From positions 1 to 64,000 of the forward strand of contig JBLDXI010000026.1 of the NCBI GenBank assembly GCA_047495785.1: a DNA stretch of 64,000 nt, in the 5' to 3' direction. Made by a program: the position numbers and the translations under genes. Under the pieces are notes generated by a model. It worked only from the letters and a program-made list of their open reading frames with translations. It was not told the origin of the DNA and did no database searches. Of this stretch, positions 1-11,653 are shown piece by piece (the first letter of the stretch is position 1; each line of letters starts with the position of its first letter). This DNA comes from Lepidodermella squamata. Taxonomy: Eukaryota > Animalia > Gastrotricha.

Positions 1-2148
1 AATATATCTACCCCGCGAGTCGACAACGACCCGTGCTTGCATGCTTCGTAGGTGCTATTTGCCGACGATCGGGCCATCCTGGCCTTGCCGTGCCTTTCCT
101 TCGCTTTCTTGATTGGCAGCACGTCCCTATGTGCTGTCGTATATATTTATTATATATTTTCCTCCTCACCCGTTCTGCGGCTATATCGCGCGCACCTCAC
201 CTGCACTGTACTGCGCGCGCCTAAATGAGCAAACTTTTTGCTAGTAATATACTGCCAACTATACTTCCTAACCTCTACCTGCCTTGTTCTTCAGAATGGT
301 CGCCGTGTATTTGCCCCCTGCCTGATCTTGTGCCATTAGATGCCGAGAATAAACGTCTGCGGACTCGGAAGCCGACGAATTATTCATAGGACACGTGTTC
401 GCCTGTTGCGGCATTTCCGCGCCTCGAATATTCTGCATTTACGCTCCTTATCCTTAATAGCATTCCTGCGTTTCCACGTTTTTTTTCCACAAATTCGGAA
501 TCCGATAAAACAAATCGGGAAAATTCAGTATTCAGCGGCTTAAGCTTTTTTAAAGGCGAGATCTCTCTTCAAATGCCAATTTTAATCCAACCTTATAATT
601 CATTTCAAAGTCTCATAACGTAATCCTGAATATATTATACAATTTGGTCTTATTTAATTCATTTTCTCCACACTGCTCTCGAGTTGGCGAAGTTAACGCG
701 CCATTTAAAGTATAGGGCGGTTCCATTATACTCTCGGATTACTTGCTTTATTGACATGTTATATAGGTATAGCCTCTAACTGTTGGGGGATACTTATTAT
801 ACTCATATATATCGATGGGTAGCAAATCTGACGCATGCATTTACCTGTGATTATCAAGAATTTATTAGGCGCCGAATGCATATGAGAAGCTTTGTCGACG
901 CCGCGAGGCAAACATATTACAGCCGGTTGCGCAATCGCTAAATTTGCGCCAAATATTAATATTTCTCATAATATGGCATTCGCGTCACTCAGGTCAGCGG
1001 CCACTCAAGAGTGGAGCAGGGCGGCGATTATACTCGCTCTTGTATTTATCCTGCGATTGCCTTTTTACAGCTTTTATGGACTGCCCGCTGTATAGGTGGG
1101 GCTGGCGGGTTGCTAGCTTGACACTTTCGCCGGGCGGCATAACGCCTCGAGTGGTTGTTTGCCGAAACTGCGCAATTCGCCGTAACGCGATAAAATTATC
1201 TGTTTGAACTGAAATAACCGCGATTTTCTCAGGTGCGCTCGTGTTGTCGCTGTACTGCTGCTAAAGCGACGCCGGGCCCGCGGTTATATTTGCGCTCGTC
1301 AGCTGCGCGCGCGCGCGCGTCAAAACTCACCTGTTTTGTCTGCTAGGATCCATCGCGTCCTTGTTGCGCCAATAAATATATAACTCTTGCCCCCAAAATT
1401 TTACGCGCACATATTTTTTTCCGAATTCTTTTACAAGCCCGCGTTTGTGTCAACTGTTTTGCTCAATGCGATAATAATTTGACTTCCTGCCGTGTAAGGA
1501 CGCGGCGTGCGATCTACTCCTCGGGCTAAACGCGCTCATGCCCGGCGCCGATTTCGCATAGCCCTACTCGTTGTTATTGTTGCCGCGCTTGTTGACCGCC
1601 TTGTACCCGGGTTCGCGCTTTATTTTTTCCGGCACGTACGATTTTGCGCGCGCGCGCACTTTTTCCGAGTGTTTTATATAATTTTCCGTGTTCATCTATC
1701 GCGCCGCAGCTCAAAAACGTGTATTTGTTTTCTGTGCCGTTGTTGGGTCAGCTTTTTCATTAATAGCAGCCGATTTTTGGAGCGCTGATGAATGAAAACG
1801 ACTGCTACTAAAACACGTTGTTGTCAATGATTGGTTTCGGAACTGCGCTCGACAAATACAACAATAACAACATAAATTCCATTAAAAATTATTATTCACG
1901 TTTCGACAATTCACTTCATATTATTTGTATTATTTTAAACATAATGTGTGTATTTTTCTAATATATAGGATGCAAACACATTTTTATGATTACCTGGCTG
2001 TTGAAAAGCTGCTTAACATGACCGATTTGTTAGCCGCTATTTAACGAGTAAATAAATAAACGAATTGAGGCAAAACGGATCTGACTCTACAACAACATAG
2101 CCTTAAAACGTCGAATCTCGATTAATCTAATTTTTAATATCGGACAAC

Positions 2149-5100
2149 ATGCTTCTGGTCACTTTTCTTTCCATATTATCAACGTCGGCTCTTTTGTGGG
2201 CACCTTCTCAAGCTAAGTCAGGTGAGTCATCTTAAATATCAAATCAGCTTGCGATAATTTTATATCTTTCCGTCAGGAGTATGCCGGCCAACCGGACCTA
2301 GTGATACAGCTAACTGGATTTATTACGTCGGAAAATGTTACGCCCCCATACCAGTCCGTGACTCGGTCAATTTCAACGAAGCCGGGAATATTTGCTCCCA
2401 GCTTTACGGCGCCAGCTCTTCGCTAGCATCGATTGGCGATGAAGAAGTCGCCGGCTTTCTGGTCTCCGACAAGTTCATCTCTGACAGGTTCGTATTTTAT
2501 CGTTGTTTTTACCTTTAAGATTGCTCAATTATATCCCGACAAGAACGCGCTATTAATAATTCACAGCGCGTTTTTAAATAATATAACTCCGAGATAGCGC
2601 GGTGTAAATCATAACCTATTCTCCGGATGTTGATGCAACGCTAATTAGCGCGCATAATTTAATCGATTATTTTTTTACGTGCAGGAAATCGTTCCGAAAA
2701 CTTATGATCGGTCTGCGATTCTCGCGGGGCCACGGCCACTGGGCTGACAATACATTTTACGGACCTTATGGCCAGTCCTATAATCACTTTTCAAGCGGCC
2801 AGGATCCAGTTGCAGCAAGTGCTTCAAGCCCGCATTCCGATCTCTGCACTGTTGTATCGTTCGACCCAGCTCTTGGCCCTGATCCAAGCGCGAACGGGAA
2901 ATGGTAAATTTTACTGAAATAAAACATGAAAAAAACAGAGACGAAACAATAATAAGAAAGCCTCCTTAAAATATTCCTTTTTTGAATTAAGGTCCCTTGT
3001 CGAGTGCTCATCGCGCCTGCAAACGCCTCTTATTGTCTGTGCGCGAATCGCTGATGAATCGGACGAATGTGCACCTGGTAGCCATTTCCGAGCCGATGGC
3101 CTCGGTTGCGTGCCATGCGCACCCGGAACTTACCAGCCTACCGCGAGTCGCACTCGCTGCGAACCATGCTCGCCGCCCCGCGAAGGTTTTATCATTGACA
3201 CCGAGGGCATCGGTGCTACGTCGCAACTTCAGTGCCACCGGCCGCTGCCTCACCTGAACTCGATTGACCCAGGTAATGGGCTGCAGGCCGGTTCGACTAT
3301 GGTCAAACTTGAAGGCGCAAATTTTCTCATCGATTCGAATCTCACCGTCGGTTTCGGCGACTCTTTAGCCACAATTGTCGCTAGTGATCCTACCTACATC
3401 ATTTGCCAATCACCGCCTTATTCGACCATGCAGAGAATCCCAAGTCGCACGAATGGAGTCACGGTTCCGGTTGAAATTCGGTTCTCAAACGGAGTAACGC
3501 GTTCGACATCATTCGTTTACCGGCCAAATCCATCAGTCGATCGCTTTGAACCAACGACTTTTGTCCTCAGTGGTGGACAAAATGTAGCAGTTCGGGGGTC
3601 AGATTTCGACGCGGCCCAGACTCATGGTTTAATCCTGCAAGTGTCCTACCGAGGAACGCCTTATACATCGCTGAGAAGCCACTGCTCCCTCGAATCGCCA
3701 ATGTTGCTGCTATGCAAAACACCCGATCTCAGCGCGTTACTGCCGAAAGCGACCTCGACGATTGCGAGGACAAAGCGGCAAATTTCAAACGCGTTGTGCC
3801 AATCTCCATTCAACGTCCGCGACTGGAGTTTCCGGTTCACGTTCTCCTTCGAACAAACCTTCCAAGTTTCGGCCGATGCTGACGTCCCTGTCGCGATTTT
3901 CGACGATCCTGTCGTCAATAGGTGGACTGAAGACTTTGTCATAACATCGACAGGTGACAATATCTCAATCACCGGGCAACGGCTGTCGTGCGGGGTTAGG
4001 TCGGCAGATGTATCGGTCATGGTCGCCGATCGCCTGTGCGACATCAAGCGAATCACGCCCGAAGAAATCGTCTGCCAGCCGCCGAGGCAAATCTCGCCGA
4101 GTCGTAGTCGAGAGCCTGTTATGGTGCAGGTCGGGGCCCATATTGCGATGGGTGTTGGGTACGTGCGTTACGCCTACACCAACACGCCTACGTTTTTACC
4201 TACCTCTGTGCCGGTATCTACAACACAGAGGGCCACCAATCCAAAAACGACGCCAACCAGACGGCCGAGGGTGAGCATGCCGCCGACAACAGTGGCAACA
4301 CCAAGTACGACTACGACACCGATTTGGCGCCGGAGAATCACAGCACCCGCTCAATTCTTACCACCTAGGGTGCCGCCTCGTCCTACGCCCCCGCCCACTG
4401 TAGCCACCCTACCGACTACGACGACTACAACCACCACGACTACGACAACCCAGGCACCTAGGACAAGGCGAACGACTCGAACGACTTCGACTACTACAAC
4501 AGCTCAATATTACGATAGATTCACCGAACCTGAAATTATTGAGGAGTTCGAAGAGCCGGAAAAGTTCGAATACCCTACGACACGCTTGACTACCCATATG
4601 CCGATCACTGCACGGAAACAGACGGTGACGCCGAAGAATTCGTATTTCGTCACAATTTTCTGGGGACCGAATGGGCCACCTTCAAACACTCCTGCTGATC
4701 TAGCGCCGTTTATCGAGCAGAATCGTCGCGTTACTCCGAAGATGAATGAGCTGAAGTGGAAACAAGCGAGGCTGAAGACGACGGAGCAACCGCTGCCGGT
4801 CAGGGCTTGGCAGCCAGAGCCTGAGCCTGAAGTACCACCTCCACCACCCCCTCCTCCACCACCGTCTCGGCAGCTGAAACAGGAGCAGTGGCAAGATGCG
4901 GAGGAGACAGAGGATTTACAACCGCCAGTTCGGCCATCGAATAAACTGCAAACCGACGAGGCTGTCATTGTCTGGCCACAATCTACGACATTACCAACTC
5001 TACCGCCATGGCATCAACGCGTCGAGCACCAGGAGTTGGCTCATGAGGACACGACAGTTCCTCCGAAAACTCAACAGAACACCCAGGCGGTAAATCACCA

Positions 5101-7501
5101 GAATTCGATTGATGAGCTAGCTACTAATAACGTAATTCAGCGAAGTTCAGTCATGCGTATCACGGCAAGTGACGGCATTTCGTCAACAACTGATGGCTCT
5201 GGGTTGTTCAGTAACCTTGGCGAGTCGCAAACTATGAATTCAGCGCTATTGATCGCCATTGTTGCCGGGGCAACTCTGATCATGTTGATGGTTATCATTG
5301 TCACGGCTGTTGTTGTGACATCGCGAGCCCGTCGCAACAGGCATCGAGCTTGGCGGAAGGGCGGCCGTGACCGGGATCCTCGTAATACTACAAGTACTCG
5401 GTCTTTGCATTCGGCAGATTCGGTCAGTACGATAACTTTCCGAGGTGGCGTTGGAAACTCGGGATCGGGTCTCAGCGAGCATGGAACCATGGTTATTGAA
5501 AATGGCCATGTTCTTACAGGTAAATTCTTGCGATAATCATATAATTTAAATACCGTTGTGTTACCTAAATTGACCCAACCATTTTAAAGTAACCCTAATT
5601 TTTTCAAAACAATGTGTTCACTGAGTGATTGGCTAGCTCAAAATTTGGAATATTTCTAGAAAAAATGGACAGTTAGCAGAGCGTAGTTTCGATCTACAGA
5701 CCTCTGGGTTATGGGCCCAGCGCGCTTCCACTGCGCCACTCTGCTTGTCTGGTTCTAGGGATCTCCGACGCTCTTGTAAGACGTATAAGCATGGAAGTTG
5801 AATCCCGATTTTGAATCCCGAGTAAAACTTGATACTCAGGATTCAATGAGAATTTAAAAAATTTCCCCAGCTGAAGCTTGAATAGTTCTACCAATTTGAA
5901 ATGTATCCAAGGGTTCCAACATGGCGGCTCAGTAGCTTAGTGGTAGAGCGTCTGTCTCGTAAAGAAGATCGCGGGTTCAATTCCCGCCTGGGCCTATCCT
6001 CTATTTTATACTCGCTCGTTGAAATCATCAGTGAAATGGCAGACTTGATCAAGTTTACAAAAGCTTCTTATGGCTGGAAGCAGTGGCGCGCTTCTGTAAC
6101 TCAGCGACTTGAGAGCCGGGCTTGCCGAATGGCTGGCCGGTGGGAGCCCTGTCTCTGGATGTCACATGTCGATCGAGCGCCCCGTGTAAGTACGCCATCA
6201 ACATGGTCGGTGCGGCGGAGGCCGTACTGCCCAGGTTGCGTAATGACACGTCAAAGGTCAGGTCCTAACGGAAGCAGCCTAACGATGTGCGTGGTGAGCG
6301 GTACCGGGACAGTGCTTGTGAATGTGCGCCTTAGCCAGCCCATCGGTTCAGCTGGACGTAAACCTTTTTTTTAAATTTTTCTTATATTTTTAAAATTATT
6401 TTTAAAATGTAATGATTTTCATCCTGATTGCTATAATGACCTTTTTTATCTTATTCAGGTGGCGCCGGAAGCCCAACCTCTAGAGCCAATCTAGCCGCAG
6501 CCGTGGCAACAATCGACCGTCTTCCACTGGTTCTCCATAACAAAATCAATGACATGTTGATCCATGCGAAGCGCATCAAGGTCACCAGCACTTTGGTCCG
6601 AGGCCAATACGGCGATATTTGCCTGGGAAAACTATGGCCAACAAACGCTTCAACACAACACGACACAATAACTGTAACCATCAAAACTCTAAACCGCTTT
6701 GTCATGGACCTGGACTCGACCTCGCTGATTGAAGCTTTCCTTAGCGACGCTCTGATGTTGAAAGGCTTCTACCACCGCAATGTATCTGCTCCATATGCGA
6801 TCGCCTTCAGTGGACAACGGCCTTTAGTCATCTACCCGTTCTACGAAAACGGCAGCCTCAAGTCTTACATCACGAACAAGAACAAAGAAATTCTAGTCTT
6901 TCAACTGCTCGACTTTGCTGCTCAAATCGCGACAGCTATGGTGTACTTATCAGCCCAAAATTTCATCCATAAAGACCTGGCGACCCGAAACTGCGTCGTT
7001 ACGCCTGATTTCGAAGTTAAGGTGGCTGATAATGCCCTGGTTAAGGACGTCCATGGCCGAGAGTACGTTTACGTCGAACAAGCTCGCGATTTCCTGCCTG
7101 TCCGCTGGATGGCTCCGGAATCTTTGACAGATCTTCAATTCTCGCTCAAATCCGACGTATGGTCATTCGGAGTGCTGGTCTGGGAACTTCTAACGCGAGG
7201 CAGATTACCCCATAGCCAGGTCCATAACAGCGAGATAGTGGCTCATCTTCAGCAGCAAGTTCAGCAGCACACCTTGGGCGGATCTAGGCCAGTTATGCGC
7301 CTACCTCGGCCCTCGAATGTCCCACCTGAATTATGCGACATTGTCGACAAGTGCTGCCAACTCGAACCGAGCCGGAGACCGACTTTCGGCTGGTTGCAAG
7401 AGCGCCTGACTACGCTGCTGGACCAACGCCACATGATGGCAGCTTATAACGTTCCAATAATGCCTGTTGAAGGCGGAAATTCGCCGACGACTGGGACCTG
7501 A
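2149..7501 (+). CDS. Receptor tyrosine (pseudo)kinase: signal peptide, C-type lectin, Cys-rich (GCC2_GCC3/ephrin-receptor-like) repeat, 3 IPT/TIG domains, Thr/Pro mucin stalk, TM, RYK-like kinase. Exons approx. 2149-2221, 2277-2488, 2685-2902, 2992-5519, 6459-7501
   Basis: GT-AG joins keep frame. Signal peptide MLLVTFLSILSTSALLW. CTL motifs WIYYVGKCY...FNEAGNIC...LASI. CVPCAPGTYQP...CEPC. IPT pattern PHLNSIDP..G...GSTMVKLEGANF. TM LLIAIVAGATLIMLMVIIVTAVVV. Kinase motifs VTIK, HKDLATRN, DNALVKD, PVRWMAPE, SDVWSFG. Confidence 0.85.
5674..5745 (-). tRNA. Initiator tRNA-Met (CAT), copy 1, intronic
   Basis: Reverse complement AGCAGAGTGGCGCAGTGGAAGCGCGCTGGGCCCATAACCCAGAGGTCTGTAGATCGAAACTACGCTCTGCTA: A1-U72, three G-C pairs in the anticodon stem, ATCGAAA T-loop. 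A T-run terminator follows. Confidence 0.97.
5926..5995 (+). pseudogene. tRNA-Thr(CGT) copy 1 with a 2-nt deletion in the anticodon stem (probable pseudogene)
   Basis: Identical to 20337-20408 except TCTGTCTCGTAAAGAAG versus TCTGTCTCGTAAACAGAAG. A and B boxes are intact. Confidence 0.85.
6073..6368 (+). ncRNA. 7SL / SRP RNA, copy 1, intronic
   Basis: About 296 nt. Alu-domain start GCTGGAAGCAGTGGCGCGCTTCTGTAA, helix 6 with GGAG loop (GGTGCGGC GGAG GCCGTACTG), helix 8 CAGG...AGCA, conserved TGTGAAT, poly-T Pol III terminator. Confidence 0.93.
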
Positions 7502-8332
7502 TTTTTGAAAATTGAAGCTAATCTCTCTCGTCGAAATCTCATTTATACAAGTCGCTCAAATGTGTACAAAAAAATCATCATTTTAAGACGGGTCTGATGA
7601 TGAAATCAAATTGTGTTCAAGCTTCATCTCTATTCGAGTGTGTTTTGTTGTTTCTCCTATTTCTGCTCTTATTTCTCAAAGTTTTCCGCCAACTTCTCAG
7701 ACCTCAGATACGGTTGAATTTCATTTTATTTATAACAAGTGAGAACTTTGAGAGCAGATTTAATTGTATATGTAGAATTTATTTGAAGCTGTATGATAAT
7801 TATTTAAAAACTATAATTATAAATGCTTACGCTGAAATTATTTGCGCTATCGGCGGTACACGCGCCTTGAATTTTCGTGTACCTTCTGTGGCGTTCCTGT
7901 TTTTTCCGAAGAAAATAAAAAGCAAAAGCACTTTTTGATTATTCATAACTTTTTTTCACGGTTGCCCTGGGTTGGAGGAAGAGCGCAGATAACAGTTATC
8001 AACTTAGTGCGGCGATTTCTTGATGAAATTCTACAAGGCCTGTAAGATGAATCACGCCGCTGAGGTGTAATAAAATGAACAAATGAATAGGCAAAAAAGT
8101 GAACAAAGCCATCATTTTTTAAACGTGACTGGAATAAAAAGCGGCGTAAAACATCACCTCATCGCGAAAAAATAGCCATTTCGCTGAATTACTTTTTCCT
8201 GCTGATATAGCCTGTCGTAGAAAATAACTATAACCACGGGCTAATTTACTCAGGAACGGTTATTTGCCCAATCCAATCCTTTTGGTTATATATGCAATTT
8301 TTTTCAAGTACATTTTTAGTGATATTTACGAC

Positions 8333-8785
8333 ATGACATCTACCTTGACCATTTGGAATACAGAAACTGAACCTATTTACATCCGGCTTGAGTCAAATGA
8401 AGGATGTAAGCTGTGCAGGCTGATGCCATGGGTCGGTGGCGTTTTATCACCTTTAGTCTATCACTACCGAGAGAAATATTCAGTCAATCAAACTCTGGCA
8501 GATCGTCTCGATTGGCCTGATAGCGATTTATTAACCTTAGCTGAACTCGGCTTCACAGTTATTGAACCCGGTGGGAGGTGGACATCGGCGAAAATGCCTC
8601 CTGATACTAAGCTGCACTGCCAAATGTTCAAATTTATATGGCATCCTTACGATGGAAGTCAAATGTTGTGCCATTTTATTATGCATCGATTGCGAAGTGA
8701 TACTCAGCCAAATGGAGACAAATTATACTCAATCAAAGGATATTTTCAGCGAAACCCGGATGACGACTGGCAACGCTTAACTTGA
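8333..8785 (+). CDS. Small orphan protein (150 aa)
   Basis: Clean ORF from ATG 8333, preceded by an acceptor-like TTTTTAG, with AATAAA about 33 nt after the stop. Globular composition; no family recognised. Confidence 0.6.
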   Translation: MTSTLTIWNTETEPIYIRLESNEGCKLCRLMPWVGGVLSPLVYHYREKYSVNQTLADRLDWPDSDLLTLAELGFTVIEPGGRWTSAKMPPDTKLHCQMFKFIWHPYDGSQMLCHFIMHRLRSDTQPNGDKLYSIKGYFQRNPDDDWQRLT

Positions 8786-9699
8786 TGTCAGAAATCTGAG
8801 ATATTTTTTGTACGCGTAATAAAAGTTTAGATTGCTATAAGACAAAAAAATGGGGTTTTGATTAGGTGTGATCATTAATAATTCAAAGACAGCAACGAAT
8901 AGAATCATTACGAATTCTACACTCTAAAGATGGCGACACCTATGACAACTTACGCCCTTATTGTCAATATATAGCGCAGGATATACGCGTGGTTTTTTTT
9001 TCTCTGTCACTCGGTCGCGAAAAAATTGAAATTTAGCCAGGAGATTTGAGTGGATTCTCGCGACACTCTATTAATAGCCCCGCCTTCAATTAGACACCAA
9101 ACCGAAATGTTGAGACGCACTGCTTCCGTTTGTAAGCCTCTTTCTCAAATATCTTATGCGAAAAAGCGCTTTGAAGGGTTGCGATGTATATGAATATACA
9201 CGCGGCCTATCGATTTTTCTGCGCTGTAAAAAAAGTTTTGTCTATCTTTTTTTGCCTACCAACAACGTGTTGTATACTCGCTAATGCTGCGGAAATCAGA
9301 GTCGTAGAACCTATGCTGCTGCTGCTGCTGCGTATGCAAAGCCCTCGACAGCTAGTCAAATATTGGACAGTGCTATATGGCGTAGACCCGTTATCACAGC
9401 GAGAGCGCGTAGGGGGGACAGATGATAAAACAAAAGCCCATAAATATACACGGTTACAGTATAATATTATACTAAGCGAGTAGCATTTCAAACCGTGCAC
9501 TTTTTACGATGACTAGACGTTATCTTATCGCCGACCTCGCCCAAATTAGCTAAAAAATTACTGTGAGCTAGGAAACCATGTGACACTTTCATTTCCTTTA
9601 TAGTGTCGCGATTCCACACACTTAAATACGGTCATTTTTGTCGCGCTTGGCAATTATTTTCTTTAATTAAATAGTATGAACTGATCCCTGGGTAGAAAT

Positions 9700-11244
9700 A
9701 TGAAATATTACTGTCAAGTTTGTGGCGTTTTAACGCGGAATCGAGTCCGAACCGGTGCAGCGTTATGCCCGGCCTGCAAGCGGTTTTACCTGCGATACCG
9801 CGGTAAATCGCAGATGTTGCGATGCCTGACCGAAACCAACAAATGCTTGGAACACGAGCCTAACACGGTGAACACAGGATCTGGCAATGTGTTCCGCATC
9901 ATGTGTAAGGCCTGTCGTATTCAAAAGTGCTTCGACCTCGGGCTGGAGAGTACCAACAGCGAGCAAACCAATGATTGCGAGATAACACTCGATAGAAGCT
10001 CAGCATCGCCATCGGGCTCTTCATCAGATATGAAAGCTGAATCATCACCCCCGCCGGAAAAGCTGCAGAAATGCGCCGATGTCGTCTACTACAGCGGCTA
10101 TCAAAACAACCATCACTACCCCAATGCTGCCTCTGTTGTTCCATCATTCAATGCCGGTGATTTGAGCATAACAGAAGAGACATTGCGAGGCATCACCTTT
10201 TCAGGGCGATTCTACGTTGAAAGCATTAGAAGCGTGAGTTGCCTTAATTTTTTCCTTAATTTTTTTGACCTAGATTCTGCTGACAATTAGGAGCCCTTCA
10301 GAATGCACAATGACATTACTGATTTCGGCAACGATGCTTGGAAAAACGAGCTCCTCGGTTTCTTTTCCTCGGCTGTTGTCATTCTTAAACAATTTTTATC
10401 GTCTCTGCCCGGTATAAAAGTCACGCTTGACCTGCCGGTTTTTTATGTCTTAATCATCCCTCTAGGTTACCGAGAACTGTCGTTGGATACCAGGTGTAAA
10501 ATGTTTACCCGGTGCTGCTCGCAAATTAGCATCGCCGAGTGCTGTTCCCACGACGAAGAGCCGCTGATAATGGGCATGAAGCAGAAGATGTGTGGCAAAA
10601 TACTCGAGCGGTTAATTCCTGAATTCGCTGTAAGTATACTTAACTACCGCCTACTACTGATTTCAACTCCTCATTTCCTATAGTTTGTCATCCCTCAACA
10701 AAATGAGATCTGGAGATTCATCAAAATGTGGCAACCTGATGCTGTCGAATTCGCGTTTCTTCTCGCTTTCCTCTTTTATCAAAGTAGTGAGCAGTATCAT
10801 TGGAAAAATATTCCACTCATAACATCGATTTTCGTTTTAGACGACCATGATTTGACTACAGATGAGAATCTCACTATAAGGAATACCTCTCTGCAAATCC
10901 GAGCCGTTCATTGGGCCTACATCGTGCAGGTCTTTGGATCAATGGATCAGCAGTGGTTGACACAGCGGCAATCAATGCTGTATAAAGTTATGGATTTATT
11001 GAATAATGCTGCAGCCACTCGACATGAAGTTCATGCCCTCGAATCAGTTCACGCGCGCATTTCTACTATCGTCAATATGAACGCGATATTTGCTCAGATT
11101 TTAGACTACTGGCGAAAGGAAGCAGTCATGCCGATGCCTACTGTTGGCTCATCGTCTGAGCCAAGCCCAGCAATAACTCCTTATTTTGGTCGTAGCTTTG
11201 AATTCGGTGTTAACTCTGAACTTTCAATTCAGCCTAATATTTAA
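9700..11244 (+). CDS. Divergent nuclear receptor NR-a (C4 DBD + LBD), 5 exons
   Basis: CQVC...CPACKRFY...C..C...CKACRIQKC zinc fingers. LBD signature FLSSLPGYRELSLDTRCKMF and WQPDAVEFAFLLAFLFY. Confidence 0.88.
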
Positions 11245-11653
11245 ACAAGTACGATGTGATGCTCTGCGGTAAGAATGTTGATTGGTATTTTGCATGGAAT
11301 GGAATAATTCTAGCATGATATTTAATATCAGCCTCTTTTTCTGTTATAAAAGCTGTAGAGGTGTGCATTCTAAGTCTGGAAACATAATGCTGAGTGTATT
11401 CGAAAACAATAAACAACATTCATACCGGTACTTTGAATGGCTATACTATAGGAAATGACCCATTTTATGTTCCACTGATAGGTTTTTTTAATATTTCTAT
11501 CCATCCTAATTTGCACTTCTCATGGATTGGCTCCAAGCTTGATGGTATGGGCGAAAAATGTCATTTAAAATCCTCTAGATTTTGTGTAAGGAGATGGCTA
11601 TTGGTTTATCTTTAGGGAATATTTGATTGAAATCAGGTGTTGTGATTTTTCTA

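Noticed and set aside
1-2100. Short ORFs and CGCGCG-rich tracts (similar at 46.1-47.7 kb and 61.5-62.9 kb)
   Set aside because: No protein motifs. Looks like regulatory or intronic DNA, possibly with non-coding exons of a leftward gene (minus-strand donors near 200 and 1330), but this cannot be supported.
3661-5509. Antisense ORFs over the receptor exon (and over the Ddc, GPCR and 58-61 kb exons)
   Set aside because: Shadow ORFs of GC-rich coding sequence with no independent motifs.
3110-5536. 808-aa ORF as a stand-alone gene
   Set aside because: It lacks a signal peptide; it is an internal exon bounded by good splice sites in frame with the lectin and kinase exons.
5901-6374. 157-aa ORF and its twin at 20446-20799
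   Set aside because: They run across the tRNA-Thr and/or 7SL genes; the conservation is explained by the RNAs.
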